64,000 nt of DNA, taken from NCBI GenBank assembly GCA_963668315.1, contig OY764216.1:4256001-4320000 (forward strand), in the 5' to 3' direction. This document shows, piece by piece, positions 8,901 to 18,614 of the stretch. The notes beneath the pieces were generated by a model, which saw only the letters and a program-made list of their open reading frames with translations, did not search any database and was not told the origin of the DNA. Each line of letters begins with the position of its first letter. Position 1 is the first letter of the stretch. The position numbers were made by a program, and so were the translations under genes. The DNA comes from Spirochaetia bacterium (GTDB lineage: Bacteria; Spirochaetota; Spirochaetia; DSM-2461).

Positions 8901-9771
8901 AGAAGTCCAATCTCCTTCTTCTCCGAAAGAGAAAGTCCTGCCCATGATGTTTCCCGTACAGAAGGGAGATCCTGAGAAAAAACCTCTTTTCATGGTGGCT
9001 GGTATGTACTTTAACCGGTATGATCATGAATCAGAGGAAGAGGGGCAGAGGAAATACGAAGAGGATTACTTCCGCTACTTCAGCACCCTGGTCAAAAACA
9101 TCGGAACGAGCCAACCAATATATGGTTTTCGACCAAAGGGGATTTTCCTTAATGAAAAACCCCATAAAAATGTTAAAGCAATGGCGGAGTCTTATATTAC
9201 AGAAATGAAAAAGATTCAGCCCGAAGGGCCTTATCTGATAGGAGGGGAATGTATCGGAGGTATTATTACTTACGAAATGGCTATGCAATTACAAGGACAG
9301 GGAGAGGAGGTCAAACACCTTATACTGATAGATACGTTCTATCCCAGGGCTAAAGCCATGTTTCGGGATGCTATTCGAGTAACATTATGGAGGTTTAAAG
9401 ACGAATTTATTACACCTCTGAAAAACAAGGAAAAATCCTTCATTAACCGTCTGTTAACCGTAATTAATCACTTGCAATTGTTTTTATTTCCCATAGGAAA
9501 AAAACAGAAAAATTTAAAACAGGTACAATACAGTAATGTGGCTTATATGTATCGGTTAATGAGTTATTCTCTTAAATTGTACGATAAAAAAAATATAACC
9601 CTTCTCGTGAATCAAGAGTGGAGCGATGACATCAGCCCCACCCTCAATTGGAAGAAAAAGCATATATTAAACGTAAATCTAATAACCGTTCCCGGAACTC
9701 ATGTTTCCTGTTTAACGGATTACGGACATATAACGGGCAAACACATAAGAGATATAATTGATAATGATTAA
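5938..9771 (+). CDS. Single-module type I PKS: KS-AT-ACP-TE
   Basis: KS QTACSTS, HGTGT and NIGH; AT GQGSQ, GHSLG and HAYH; ACP GGHS; TE-like domain with GECIG and C-terminal GTH. Confidence 0.93.
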   Translation: MKDRNYYESLEGAIAVIGMSGAFSKSKDINEYWQNILAGRECIDDLTAEELQAAGIPQELSDNPLYVRRTAGLESAKEFDPAFFGYTPAEARLMDPQHRLFLEHSWKCLEDGNIIPDHYDGLIGVFGGCSQNNYLLKNLIYSDQADKAGAFQIMIGNDKDYLTTKVSYKLNLKGPSITMQTACSTSLTAIQQGCLSLLNYQSDMALCGGASVNVPYRGGYLYQDGMIFSPDGHCRAFDKDANGTVFGDGVGVVLLKRFEDALEDGDLIHAIIRGSAINNDGSEKVGYTAPGVKAQAEVVATALAVADVSADTIGYVETHGTGTLMGDPIELAALTEAFRMSTEEKNYCHIGSAKPNIGHLDAAAGVASFIKAVMVLKTGTIPPLTNFTSPNPALNIEETPFTITSTPVKWDTEVIPRRAGVSALGVGGTNVHLVLEEYTPSKEPSPEPGDKPNLLVFSAKSEESLTRQKELFSTFLKKKDISLPSLAYTLQKKRVPFPYRDFLVTDGKGEYDESTFINKKSLPCNGSPEIAFIFTGQGSQYPNMGKSLYESVPFIKKIMDHGFSILERTHNLPLKEIIYPEGSASLKESEMKLMQTTYTQPALFLLEYALARYLIILGLQPAYLLGHSLGEYTAACLSGIFTFEDALSLVAERGRIMQTAPKGSMISIPLSRNAIESMITGDQLQVSVINAPDRCVVSGSDEAVDLFQKELTEKDIRHSRLKTSHAYHSFLMDSILDEFASSFSSVTFHKPEIPIITNQSTESFGSENMESAEYWVDQLRQPVDFDKGISLLLKNKNVTLVEVGPGNTLITLAKLNPDMKGDNLCLPTVRNPKQQTPDHTFFLTALGKLWQKGHSLHWDEFYGERKPEYIRIPTYEFDNRSYWIEGIKSKKSPLPIEETEENYIEKREELTVKEKVLHVWSEIFGNDDIGETDNFYDMGGHSVLATQLLSRINETFNLEIGMGALLMEPTPANSLALVEEQLPRKKPTEVQSPSSPKEKVLPMMFPVQKGDPEKKPLFMVAGMYFNRYDHESEEEGQRKYEEDYFRYFSTLVKNIGTSQPIYGFRPKGIFLNEKPHKNVKAMAESYITEMKKIQPEGPYLIGGECIGGIITYEMAMQLQGQGEEVKHLILIDTFYPRAKAMFRDAIRVTLWRFKDEFITPLKNKEKSFINRLLTVINHLQLFLFPIGKKQKNLKQVQYSNVAYMYRLMSYSLKLYDKKNITLLVNQEWSDDISPTLNWKKKHILNVNLITVPGTHVSCLTDYGHITGKHIRDIIDND

Positions 9772-10014
9772 TCAGCCAGCCAGGCGTCCTTCGATATAGC
9801 GAACCATCTTGTCCACGGAACCGAAGTTGTCACGGACCATATCTTCCGTTTCCACTTCGAATCCGTGGGTATTTTTCATATATGCCGATATCTCTACCAG
9901 ACCGAAAGAATCAATAATCCCCTCATCGATGAGCGATTTATCGTGGGGGATCTCTTCTAATTCCACCATAAAATTGTCCGCGATAAATTCGAGTAAACCT
10001 TTTTTAATTTCCAT
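9772..10014 (-). CDS. Stand-alone acyl carrier protein
   Basis: 80 aa, acidic, GIIDSFG phosphopantetheine site, DNFGSV tail. Confidence 0.9.
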   Translation of the reverse strand: MEIKKGLLEFIADNFMVELEEIPHDKSLIDEGIIDSFGLVEISAYMKNTHGFEVETEDMVRDNFGSVDKMVRYIEGRLAG

Positions 10015-10054
10015 AACTGTTCAAGCTCCTTAAATGTATGAAAGATATTTTATC

Positions 10055-12028
10055 TTAATTCTCATGAATTTCCACCCGTTTAAGTGATTCATCCAGACTT
10101 TCATGTCGGGGATTATCCATGGCCCGGCTGATCATCTGAGTGGAAAGAATGAAAGTAATGAGCATATTGTCCCTATAGCCTATCTGCTTTGGCATGCGGC
10201 GGGAAAACTTATTTATCAGCCGATTCACATATTTCTTATCGAATACTCCGGCCATATCCACCGCTTCCTCCGAAAGAAAGGGAGCCGCTTCGTCGGTCAG
10301 ACGTCCGTCGGAGAAGAAAGATTTCAGATCCGGCGCCTGATAAGGCTGCTTGGGCCTGTCTATAATGGAAGGGGGCACCACATCCCGGAAAGCATCGCGA
10401 AGGATGTGCTTCTGAGAAAATCCCTTAAGTTTGTAGTCGTCAGGATAGGCGAAGGCCTTTTCCACCAGACGGTGATCAAGGAAGGGATAGCGTCCCTCAA
10501 CACTGTGTCCCATGGACATCCGGTCCCCCTGGGAAGAGAGAAGGTAGCCGGGCAACAGGGTTTTCATCTCTAGATACTGCTCCTTCTGCATAAGGGACCA
10601 TTTCCCATAATCCGCAGGGAGGGTCTCTTTCAGGTTGGCCAGCAGTTCCTCCTTCTCATAGGTGACGGCATAATCCTTGTTCAGGTAGTTCCCCAGAATC
10701 CGGTTGTTATTCATGCGGATATTCAGGCCCATCAGATCGTTGTCGAAATCATCAAGGAAATCCTCGTAGTACATCTTCATGAAACCCATCTGGGTCTTGT
10801 CCTTGTAGTGGGAGAGGTGGGGATAAAGCTGGCCCAGCAGCTTTTCCACAGGGGCGTTATCCCTGTTGTCCCTCCACATCTGCAGCATCCGTACTTCCTT
10901 GAAAACATCGTAGCCGCAGAGAATCTCGTCGGCCGCTTCACCGGTCAAAACGACCTTGATGTTCTCTTCCCTCACCTTTCGGCTCAACAGGTAGAGAGGT
11001 ACTGGAGCGGTACGGAAGACGGGCCGTTCAAAGTGATAAGCCGCTTCGCCCAGGTAACTATTGATCATAGTGTAATCAATCTTCAAATCGATATGCTCGG
11101 AATTCAGCCGTTCCACCATCTCCTGCTGATAGACCGACTCATCATAGCCTTTGTCCGTAAAGGAGACAGCAAATGTCTTGAACCGGTCCTTATTGTGGAT
11201 TTTCGTCAGATGGGCAATAACCGAGGAGTCGATTCCCCCGGAAAGATAATTCCCTACGGGCACGTCACTTCTAAGCCGCAGGCGCACGGCGTCGCTTAGA
11301 AGCTCCACCATCTCCTCCCGGGCCTGTTCGTAATCCGGCGTCGGCAAGTCGTAATTCTCTCCCAGCTGATAATAGGTAAACCGGCGGGGCTCTTCCCCGA
11401 TGCGGTATTCAGCATAATCTCCGGCGGGCAGGGAAATAATATCGTTGTAGACGGTCCGGTCTCCCAGAGTGTTCCAGAGAAGACCATGCTCGTAGAGATT
11501 CTTCATGTGAAAGGAACGGTGGTATCCGGGAATCTGATCAAAGCACTTGAGTTCAGAGGCGAAATAGAAAACCCCCATATGGTCCAGCACATAGAGAGGA
11601 CGGATACCGTAGCGGTCCCGGGCCACAGTCAGAACCTTCTCCTTTTTATCCCAAAGGAGGATGGCGAACTGTCCGTTAAAGGAGGAAAAGGCGGCGGGAC
11701 CGTCCAGTTCAAAGGCCTTGAGAACTATCTCCGTGTCGCAGGTCGTCTTGAATTGAACACCCCGCTTCTCCATCTCCGCCCTAAGCTCAATGAAGTTAAA
11801 AACCTCCCCGTTAAAGGAGATGACGTATCTTCCCGTCGACATAGGCTGATGCCCCCCGGAGAGATCCTGAATGGAAAGCCGGGCATGGCCCAGGGCGACA
11901 TGGGAATCGGTGTAGAGCCCCCATCCGTCGGGTCCCCGGTGGCCTAGAACGGAAATCATCTTCTTCAAGGTGTCCTTCTGTTCTTCTCGCTCTCTATAAT
12001 ATCCTAAAAATCCGGTTATTCCGCACAT
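10055..12028 (-). CDS. asnB: Asparagine synthase-family glutamine amidotransferase
   Basis: MCGI N-terminal Cys, HRGPD, FNGE, LSGGIDS, TGEAADE and PFLDH motifs. Confidence 0.9.
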   Translation of the reverse strand: MCGITGFLGYYREREEQKDTLKKMISVLGHRGPDGWGLYTDSHVALGHARLSIQDLSGGHQPMSTGRYVISFNGEVFNFIELRAEMEKRGVQFKTTCDTEIVLKAFELDGPAAFSSFNGQFAILLWDKKEKVLTVARDRYGIRPLYVLDHMGVFYFASELKCFDQIPGYHRSFHMKNLYEHGLLWNTLGDRTVYNDIISLPAGDYAEYRIGEEPRRFTYYQLGENYDLPTPDYEQAREEMVELLSDAVRLRLRSDVPVGNYLSGGIDSSVIAHLTKIHNKDRFKTFAVSFTDKGYDESVYQQEMVERLNSEHIDLKIDYTMINSYLGEAAYHFERPVFRTAPVPLYLLSRKVREENIKVVLTGEAADEILCGYDVFKEVRMLQMWRDNRDNAPVEKLLGQLYPHLSHYKDKTQMGFMKMYYEDFLDDFDNDLMGLNIRMNNNRILGNYLNKDYAVTYEKEELLANLKETLPADYGKWSLMQKEQYLEMKTLLPGYLLSSQGDRMSMGHSVEGRYPFLDHRLVEKAFAYPDDYKLKGFSQKHILRDAFRDVVPPSIIDRPKQPYQAPDLKSFFSDGRLTDEAAPFLSEEAVDMAGVFDKKYVNRLINKFSRRMPKQIGYRDNMLITFILSTQMISRAMDNPRHESLDESLKRVEIHEN

Positions 12029-12029
12029 A

Positions 12030-15000
12030 CTATCGTTTCCTTACATTCTTCAGACGCTGAGCCGCATGACGGCTCCGTTCTGCCCGATCCAACAATTTAC
12101 CTATCCCCTCATCGGAAGAATTCATTTCCTGTCCCAGGTATCCCGCCAGACCTTTGACGGTGGTATGGATGAAAAGATCCGTCACGGGAATAGCACGGCC
12201 GAACCGCTCAGAGAGTTCCCGCTGAAGTTGAATAATGTGGAGAGAGGAACCTCCCAATTCAAAAAAGTTTTCCTCCCTGCCCACCTTCTCCAGCCCCAGC
12301 AGCTTCTTCCAGAGATCGGCGATAAACCCCTCCCCTTCCCCTTCGGGCAGAGTAAAGGGCTTATCCGACGGGGTATGGCAGATTCCCGGCTCGGGCAGGT
12401 TCTTCCTGTCCAGCTTCCCATTGGCGTTAAGGCTGATTTGCTCAACGAAGATAATCCGCTTGGGAACCATATGAAGAGGAAGACGCCGGCTCAGAAAAGA
12501 GATCAGCTCTTCCACGCTCAGCTCTTCACGTTTGACTATATAGGCAACAAGGGACTGATCGGCCCCAAACTCTCCGTGAACAATCACGACGGCCGTTTCC
12601 ACGGCGGGGTGGTCGTTAATCCCATTTTCGATTTCACCCAGCTCAATACGAAGCCCATGGAGCTGCACCTGGCTGTCGTTCCGGCCCAGATAGAGAATCT
12701 CCCCCTTGAGATTCCACTGCCCCAGATCTCCCGTCTTATACATCCGCCCCCCATCGAAAGGGTTGGGAACAAAGCGTTCCGCCGTCAGCTCCGGCTTGTT
12801 CAGATAACCCCGGGCCAGCTGAACACCGGCCAGATAAATCTCTCCGGTAACGCCGGGTGGCAGAGGATTCAATGCCTCATCCAAAATATGGATTTTCGTA
12901 TTGGCGACAGGCCTTCCTATGGGTACAACCCGGCAATCAGGCTTACAAGGCCAGTAGGTTACATCGATGGATGCCTCGGTAGGCCCGTAAAGATTATGGA
13001 GCCGGACATGGGGCAGCGTTTCATAGAACTCCCGCACCACCGCGGCGGGCAGAGCTTCTCCACTACACATCACATCACGCAGAGAGGGACAGTCCCCGGG
13101 ACGACAGCTCTTTAGGAACTCCCGTAGCATGGAGGGTACGAAATGGATAAGGGAAATATTCTCTCTCCCTATCGTTTCGATAAGATAGCCATTGTCCTTG
13201 TGACCCTCCGGTTCGGCGATGACCAGGGGCACTCCTTTCATCAAAGGCCACCAGAATTCCCAGCCGGAGACATCAAAATTATAGGGCGTCTTCTGGAAAA
13301 GCACATCCTTCCCGGTCAGCTCATACTCCTCATCCATCCACAAGATACGGTTAATCAAACCTCTATGGGTGATTTCCACTCCCTTGGGGCGACCGGTTGA
13401 ACCGGAGGTATAAAGGATGTAAACCCGGGAATCGGGATCTATAGCCGGGAAAAGCCCCTCTTCCTTACCGGCTGAAAAATCAAAGGTATCCAGGGCGGTA
13501 AAACCTTCCAGCCCGGAAAAGAGCGGGCGGTATTTCTCGTTGGAGAGGATCAGAGATAGCTGTGAATCCCCGCGAATATAAGCGATGTAATCGGCGGGAA
13601 GAGTCGGCTCGATAGGCAGATAGGTTCCCCCGGCCAGAACGATGGCGTACATACCTATGACCATCTCGAAAGAGCGTTCCAGGGAGAGGCCGACAATCGT
13701 CTCCGGACCGACGCCCTTCTCCTTAAGGTAAGCCGCTACAATCCTTACACGCCGGGCCAGTTCGCCGTAAGTCATGGTTTCGTCGCGGAAAATCAGCGCC
13801 CTTTCTTCGGGCCGAATCCGAACCTGTTCCAGAAAGGCGTCAATGACGCCGCCGGTAATCGGATAGTCCCGTTCCGTCCCATTCCAGGCAGCAATCATGT
13901 CCCGGCTCCGATCATCCATCACGCCCATGGAACCTACAGCGAGACTGTCCCTGTCCAGCCCCTGTTCCAGAAGAATCAGGAAGGAGGAAAAAAATCCCTC
14001 CACCCTCTCCCGGGTAAAAAGATCGGAACAGTACTCCACGGCCCAGCGGAAACGGTCGTTTTCCTGCCAGAAGTAAAAAAACAGATCCAGCTGGGCCGCA
14101 TCGGGAGCCGCATCCAGGGATTTAACATCCAATCCATCCAACTTCAATCCCATGGGGTGTTCGAAGGTGAATCCCACTTGGAAGAGAGGATTGTACTTGC
14201 CATCCCGCTTTCCCCTATTCAGCTTAACCACTTCCAGATAGGGAACGTTCTGGTTACGGTGCATGCCCAGCATCTTAACCCTGATCTGACGTAAAAGTTT
14301 CCTGAAGGTCATCCCCTCCCCGATGTTCAGGCAGAGGGGCAGGATATTCACAAAACAGCCGATGGTATCCTCAAAACCTTCCGGCCGGTTTGTCCGAGGA
14401 ATACCGATGGAGAAACGATTCTGACCGGAGAACCGGTTCAGAAAAACCGCGTAAGCAGAGAGAAGCACGAGAAATGGGTCGGAGCCCTGATTCCGGCAAT
14501 AGGCATCAAGTTTATCCTTAAGAGGACCGGGAAGCGACCCAAAAATCCGATGGCCCCGGGATGAGGGTATGGGCTGCCTATCTTTATCGGCAGGAAGGTT
14601 CAGTAAAGAACTTTCCAGGTGTTCATTCTCCCAGTAGGCAAGCATCTCTCGGTATTTGTCCGAATTGGCGAATTGTTCATACCAAACACCGTAATCGTCA
14701 TAGGAGCGGACCGGCTTCAGATCGGGTTCCCGGGATTTGGATAGTGAGTTATAGATTTCACTAAACTCGCGGGAAAAAATCTCCTTGGAACGAAGATCGA
14801 AAAGAATGTGATGAAAGAGGAATAGGAGATAGATTTGGGAGTCCTTTCTCCAGAGATGAGCTCGAAATAGGGGTTCCTCGTTCAGAACGAAGGGTGTATT
14901 AATGACCGAGGCACAATCCTCCGTTGAATAGAAACTATCATGATAGACAGGTTCTACCTTACCACCCCAATCATACCGCTCAGACATGATATCAAGGACC

Positions 15001-15146
15001 CGCTTAAATTGAATGCGATCAAGGGGACCGATGATTTCAAAGAGCGAGGCGAGGTTGTAAGCCCTGTTATCCGGATTCAGACGGGATACGAGCCGAAACT
15101 GTTCTTGTATGAGTGAGATTTTTGACTCTCCTTTCCCTTTTTCCAA
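12030..15146 (-). CDS. NRPS module C-A-T (A domain predicted Ser)
   Basis: C motif HHILFDL; A motifs YTSGSTGRPKG, YGPTE, YKTGD and NGKLD; T site LGGSS. Hand-aligned specificity code DVWHMSLIDK. Confidence 0.92.
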   Translation of the reverse strand: MEKGKGESKISLIQEQFRLVSRLNPDNRAYNLASLFEIIGPLDRIQFKRVLDIMSERYDWGGKVEPVYHDSFYSTEDCASVINTPFVLNEEPLFRAHLWRKDSQIYLLFLFHHILFDLRSKEIFSREFSEIYNSLSKSREPDLKPVRSYDDYGVWYEQFANSDKYREMLAYWENEHLESSLLNLPADKDRQPIPSSRGHRIFGSLPGPLKDKLDAYCRNQGSDPFLVLLSAYAVFLNRFSGQNRFSIGIPRTNRPEGFEDTIGCFVNILPLCLNIGEGMTFRKLLRQIRVKMLGMHRNQNVPYLEVVKLNRGKRDGKYNPLFQVGFTFEHPMGLKLDGLDVKSLDAAPDAAQLDLFFYFWQENDRFRWAVEYCSDLFTRERVEGFFSSFLILLEQGLDRDSLAVGSMGVMDDRSRDMIAAWNGTERDYPITGGVIDAFLEQVRIRPEERALIFRDETMTYGELARRVRIVAAYLKEKGVGPETIVGLSLERSFEMVIGMYAIVLAGGTYLPIEPTLPADYIAYIRGDSQLSLILSNEKYRPLFSGLEGFTALDTFDFSAGKEEGLFPAIDPDSRVYILYTSGSTGRPKGVEITHRGLINRILWMDEEYELTGKDVLFQKTPYNFDVSGWEFWWPLMKGVPLVIAEPEGHKDNGYLIETIGRENISLIHFVPSMLREFLKSCRPGDCPSLRDVMCSGEALPAAVVREFYETLPHVRLHNLYGPTEASIDVTYWPCKPDCRVVPIGRPVANTKIHILDEALNPLPPGVTGEIYLAGVQLARGYLNKPELTAERFVPNPFDGGRMYKTGDLGQWNLKGEILYLGRNDSQVQLHGLRIELGEIENGINDHPAVETAVVIVHGEFGADQSLVAYIVKREELSVEELISFLSRRLPLHMVPKRIIFVEQISLNANGKLDRKNLPEPGICHTPSDKPFTLPEGEGEGFIADLWKKLLGLEKVGREENFFELGGSSLHIIQLQRELSERFGRAIPVTDLFIHTTVKGLAGYLGQEMNSSDEGIGKLLDRAERSRHAAQRLKNVRKR

Positions 15147-15208
15147 TTTATCCCTTCTTCCCTTTATTCCATATCAATATCACGATGTCCCAGATGTCAG
15201 AGCATTGA

Positions 15209-17638
15209 TTATCTATCTATTTTCTCTTTAAGAAAATCGGCAAGCTTAACGACATGGGGTTGATTCAAGATCCCCATATGATCATCGGGGAGTTCCAGAA
15301 TACCAACTTGACCGGATGTCAAATCATTCCATCCCAGATCATCACTGAAGCTTTCTCCCTTGCTGTAAACATTTGTCAAAGCCCTTATCAGATAAATATC
15401 CCCGTCAATGGGAGTGGCTACCTTATCAAATACTTCGATGGCCTGATCATTGATGAAATCCCGCATCGCCTCGATATAAGCCTGATCTGGATTTAATTTA
15501 TTCTTTGGCTCTCCAGGTTTTCCCGATCTGTGTTTAAGAGACCTTAAGGCAGAGTATATCTTACCGAACGGCGTAAGTCTACGTGCATGGGGAAGATGGG
15601 AATCCAGAATAAACAGTTCCCCCCTGGCCCCTTCATTCGCTTTAATGAGTTTTGATGCTTCAAAAGCTATCATGCCCGCAATTGAAACTCCCAGAATATG
15701 ACAGGGCCCCTGGGGATAATACTTGCGGATATCCCTTAAATAAGCCCCGGCCATTCCCTGGATGGACACATACTCCCACTCGTCAATGGTTCCCCGCTGT
15801 ATATTATCTATCAGCTGTTCCTCATAGGGAAGGAATACACCATAAACTGGTCTCTCCCCTTCAAAACAGGCGGCCAGTTCTGAATAGATGTCAATTCCCC
15901 CCAGACAGAAGAGAGGGACCCCTTCAGTCGTATTATTCAGAAGGAGCACGGTCATCTCCTTATCTGATCCGGATTTAGCCTGATTTATCATATCATCGAT
16001 CACGGGATTCATGAAGAACGCCCCCAAGGGAACCGTCAGTCCGCAGAACTCACCAATCTCCCTTAAAAGCTGAACCGCCAGAATTGAATTCCCCCCAATT
16101 TCAAAAAAATTCTGATCTGTCGAGATATCCTCCCGCTGTAGAACCCTTTTCCAGACAAAGAGGATTTTCTCCTTTAAAGACAGGTCATCCCCATTTCCCT
16201 CAAGAACGATCTCCTTCACCTGCGGAAGGGGTAGATTTTTTCTGTCAATCTTGCCGTTTGTGTTCAGGAGAAACTTATCGAGGCGGACGAAATAGGCGGG
16301 GATCATATAATCGGGAAGAATCCGGGAAAGATGCTCCACCAGCACTCGCTCCTCCACAGGTTTACGTTCTATCAAATAGGCCACCAGATCCTTCATACCC
16401 TTGCGGACAACTTGAGGATGGACAACTGCACTTGCGATCTCGTCAAGCGTCAGAAGAGCGCTCTCGATTTCTCCCAGTTCGATCCGGAAACCGCGGATTT
16501 TCACCTGAAAGTCGGAACGGCCCAGACACTCAAGCCTGCCGTCGGCCATATAACGGACCAGATCTCCGGTCTTATATATGGTCTCCCCGGGGGTAAAGGG
16601 ATTGGGGATAAACACTTTCTCGGTCAAATCGGGCCTTTTAAAATAACCCGCAGCCAGCCCTTTGCCTCCTATGAAAAGATCCCCTTCGACCCCATGGAGC
16701 ACTTTATTCATATTCTCATCAAGAATATAGATTTCCGTATTATCAATGGGTTCACCTATGGATATAGGTTTATCCCTCTCCACTTTTTCGATGGTAGACC
16801 ACACGGTCGTTTCTGTCGGACCATACATGTTCCAAAGCTCGCCGCAACGGTCCAATAATTCCTCTGCCAGTTCCGGCGTTAACGCTTCCCCTCCGCATAA
16901 CACCTTCAGATTATCCTTCCCTTTCCAGCCTGCGTCGATAAGCATTCTCCATGTTACGGGAGTAGCCTGCATTACGGTAATGTCATAACTATCCAGGGCA
17001 GAAATTATGGAATCGGGATCATGTGATTCATTTTTATCCAGAAGAAACAATTGCGCACCCGTACGAATAGGCAAGAAAATCTCAAGTACGGAAATATCAA
17101 AGGATACCGTTGTGACAGCAAGAAGTCGATCATTTGCTGTTAATCCGGGTTTCTTAGCCATGGAATCGAGAAAATTGTCCATGGCAGGGCGGGGTATCAT
17201 AACCCCCTTAGGTTTACCGGTGGAACCGGAAGTAAAGATAATGTAGGCAATACTCTCTCTGTCCTGGCAAAACTCCCGGCTCACTGGTTCTGGAACACTC
17301 TCATCGGAGGAAAGAGAATCCACATCAATCTTGACAGAATCAGAAGGAAGCTTTGACAGATAATGGCCATGAGTAAGAATCAGGTCCGGTTTAACATCCT
17401 CCAGAATCATATTAATCCTTTCGGCAGGATGGTCCGGGTCCAGAGGGATATAAGTGTTGCCGGTAATAAGGCAAGCATTTACTGCGGCGACAAGAGCAGG
17501 AGTTCTATCCAGGTAGATACCTACGTTTAACCCCGTTTTGGGGAATTCTGAAATCCTATGACAGATAAGATTAATAAGATTCCCAAACTCAACTTTTTCC
17601 CCATGGTAGACTAGCGTATCCATTGCTTCTTTCGTCAT
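15209..17638 (-). CDS. NRPS A-T-TE (A domain predicted Gly)
   Basis: FTSGSTGKPKG, YGPTE and NGKID; T site IGGNS; TE GVSIAG and DDH. Hand-aligned code DILQLGMVWK. Confidence 0.9.
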   Translation of the reverse strand: MTKEAMDTLVYHGEKVEFGNLINLICHRISEFPKTGLNVGIYLDRTPALVAAVNACLITGNTYIPLDPDHPAERINMILEDVKPDLILTHGHYLSKLPSDSVKIDVDSLSSDESVPEPVSREFCQDRESIAYIIFTSGSTGKPKGVMIPRPAMDNFLDSMAKKPGLTANDRLLAVTTVSFDISVLEIFLPIRTGAQLFLLDKNESHDPDSIISALDSYDITVMQATPVTWRMLIDAGWKGKDNLKVLCGGEALTPELAEELLDRCGELWNMYGPTETTVWSTIEKVERDKPISIGEPIDNTEIYILDENMNKVLHGVEGDLFIGGKGLAAGYFKRPDLTEKVFIPNPFTPGETIYKTGDLVRYMADGRLECLGRSDFQVKIRGFRIELGEIESALLTLDEIASAVVHPQVVRKGMKDLVAYLIERKPVEERVLVEHLSRILPDYMIPAYFVRLDKFLLNTNGKIDRKNLPLPQVKEIVLEGNGDDLSLKEKILFVWKRVLQREDISTDQNFFEIGGNSILAVQLLREIGEFCGLTVPLGAFFMNPVIDDMINQAKSGSDKEMTVLLLNNTTEGVPLFCLGGIDIYSELAACFEGERPVYGVFLPYEEQLIDNIQRGTIDEWEYVSIQGMAGAYLRDIRKYYPQGPCHILGVSIAGMIAFEASKLIKANEGARGELFILDSHLPHARRLTPFGKIYSALRSLKHRSGKPGEPKNKLNPDQAYIEAMRDFINDQAIEVFDKVATPIDGDIYLIRALTNVYSKGESFSDDLGWNDLTSGQVGILELPDDHMGILNQPHVVKLADFLKEKIDR

Positions 17639-17670
17639 GATCTTTCTCCTACATTATTATGCAATAGATT

Positions 17671-18588
17671 TCAGTCGTATAAACCGGCAGGAGGTGCGGG
17701 GATTTTTTCCAAACGGGCCCCCAGTTTAAAGCGGCTTCTCTGCCATGCTCTGAGAGATTTTCGAAATGCCAGATCGGGATATCTTTTCATAGGGCTGAAC
17801 ATGGCCTTCAGGTATCCCAAGAGGATATAAAATCCTCCGACGATATAGGGTTTTTCGGTACTTCTGTAAATAGAAATAGCAATGACATACCAAAGGGGAG
17901 TCCCCATAAAGTACTGTCCCCTTCCCCATCGAAGACGACCGGTGTAAATTCCTTTGAAAGAAGATCCCATCTGCCTTAGATGAATAAATTCAAGCTCCCT
18001 ATTCCTGATGCTTCGCGTCCTCCAACCGAACATACGGGCCCGGTGAAAGGTAATACCGTCCCAGTGTACTTCTTTAACAAAACCGCCGATCTGTTCAAAA
18101 CATTCCCGGCGATAAAAATTTATCATGCCGGCGACCATCTCATCGTTGTGACGCTCTTCTACCAGTTTACCGTTTTCATTAACATAGGGCTTACCGCTGG
18201 CCGCTCCCAATTGGGGGTCCTTATCAAAATAATCAAGAAGGGTATCAAAATATCTACTCTTGAAGTCAATATCTCCGTCCATCTTGCAGATAAAATCATA
18301 ATCTTTGCTTTCGATCCTGTCATAACCATAATAGAAAGCTTCAACCACTCCGGGACCGACAGCCCGTTCTCCCCGATCCGGTTTCTGAATAAGCCGAATC
18401 CACGGATTATTCTTACTCGCCTCACGAACCAGCTCCGCCGTTCTGTCCTTGGAACCGTCATCCACGACGATCCATTCGACGGGAAGAACACCTTCCTGAT
18501 TAATTAGGGAATCTATCGTCTTTTGAATGTACTCTTCTTCATCTCTCACGGGAGACACTATTACGATTTTGTCTTTTCTTTGGCTCAT
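17671..18588 (-). CDS. GT2 glycosyltransferase
   Basis: SPVRDEE, VDDGSKD and KMDGD motifs. Confidence 0.88.
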   Translation of the reverse strand: MSQRKDKIVIVSPVRDEEEYIQKTIDSLINQEGVLPVEWIVVDDGSKDRTAELVREASKNNPWIRLIQKPDRGERAVGPGVVEAFYYGYDRIESKDYDFICKMDGDIDFKSRYFDTLLDYFDKDPQLGAASGKPYVNENGKLVEERHNDEMVAGMINFYRRECFEQIGGFVKEVHWDGITFHRARMFGWRTRSIRNRELEFIHLRQMGSSFKGIYTGRLRWGRGQYFMGTPLWYVIAISIYRSTEKPYIVGGFYILLGYLKAMFSPMKRYPDLAFRKSLRAWQRSRFKLGARLEKIPAPPAGLYD

Positions 18589-18614
18589 TTTCCTATCCTT
18601 ATTACTATGTACTA

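Noticed and set aside
10055..12028. This AsnB (or 46516-48456) as the lasso cyclase
   Set aside because: Both keep an intact MCG glutaminase N-terminus and sit in NRPS/glycan operons, so they look like true amidotransferases.
12066..13115. 349-aa plus-strand ORF and many similar 60-200-aa ORFs opposite NRPS, AsnB, GT and transposase genes
   Set aside because: Fully antisense or out-of-frame to well-supported genes, with no recognisable motifs.
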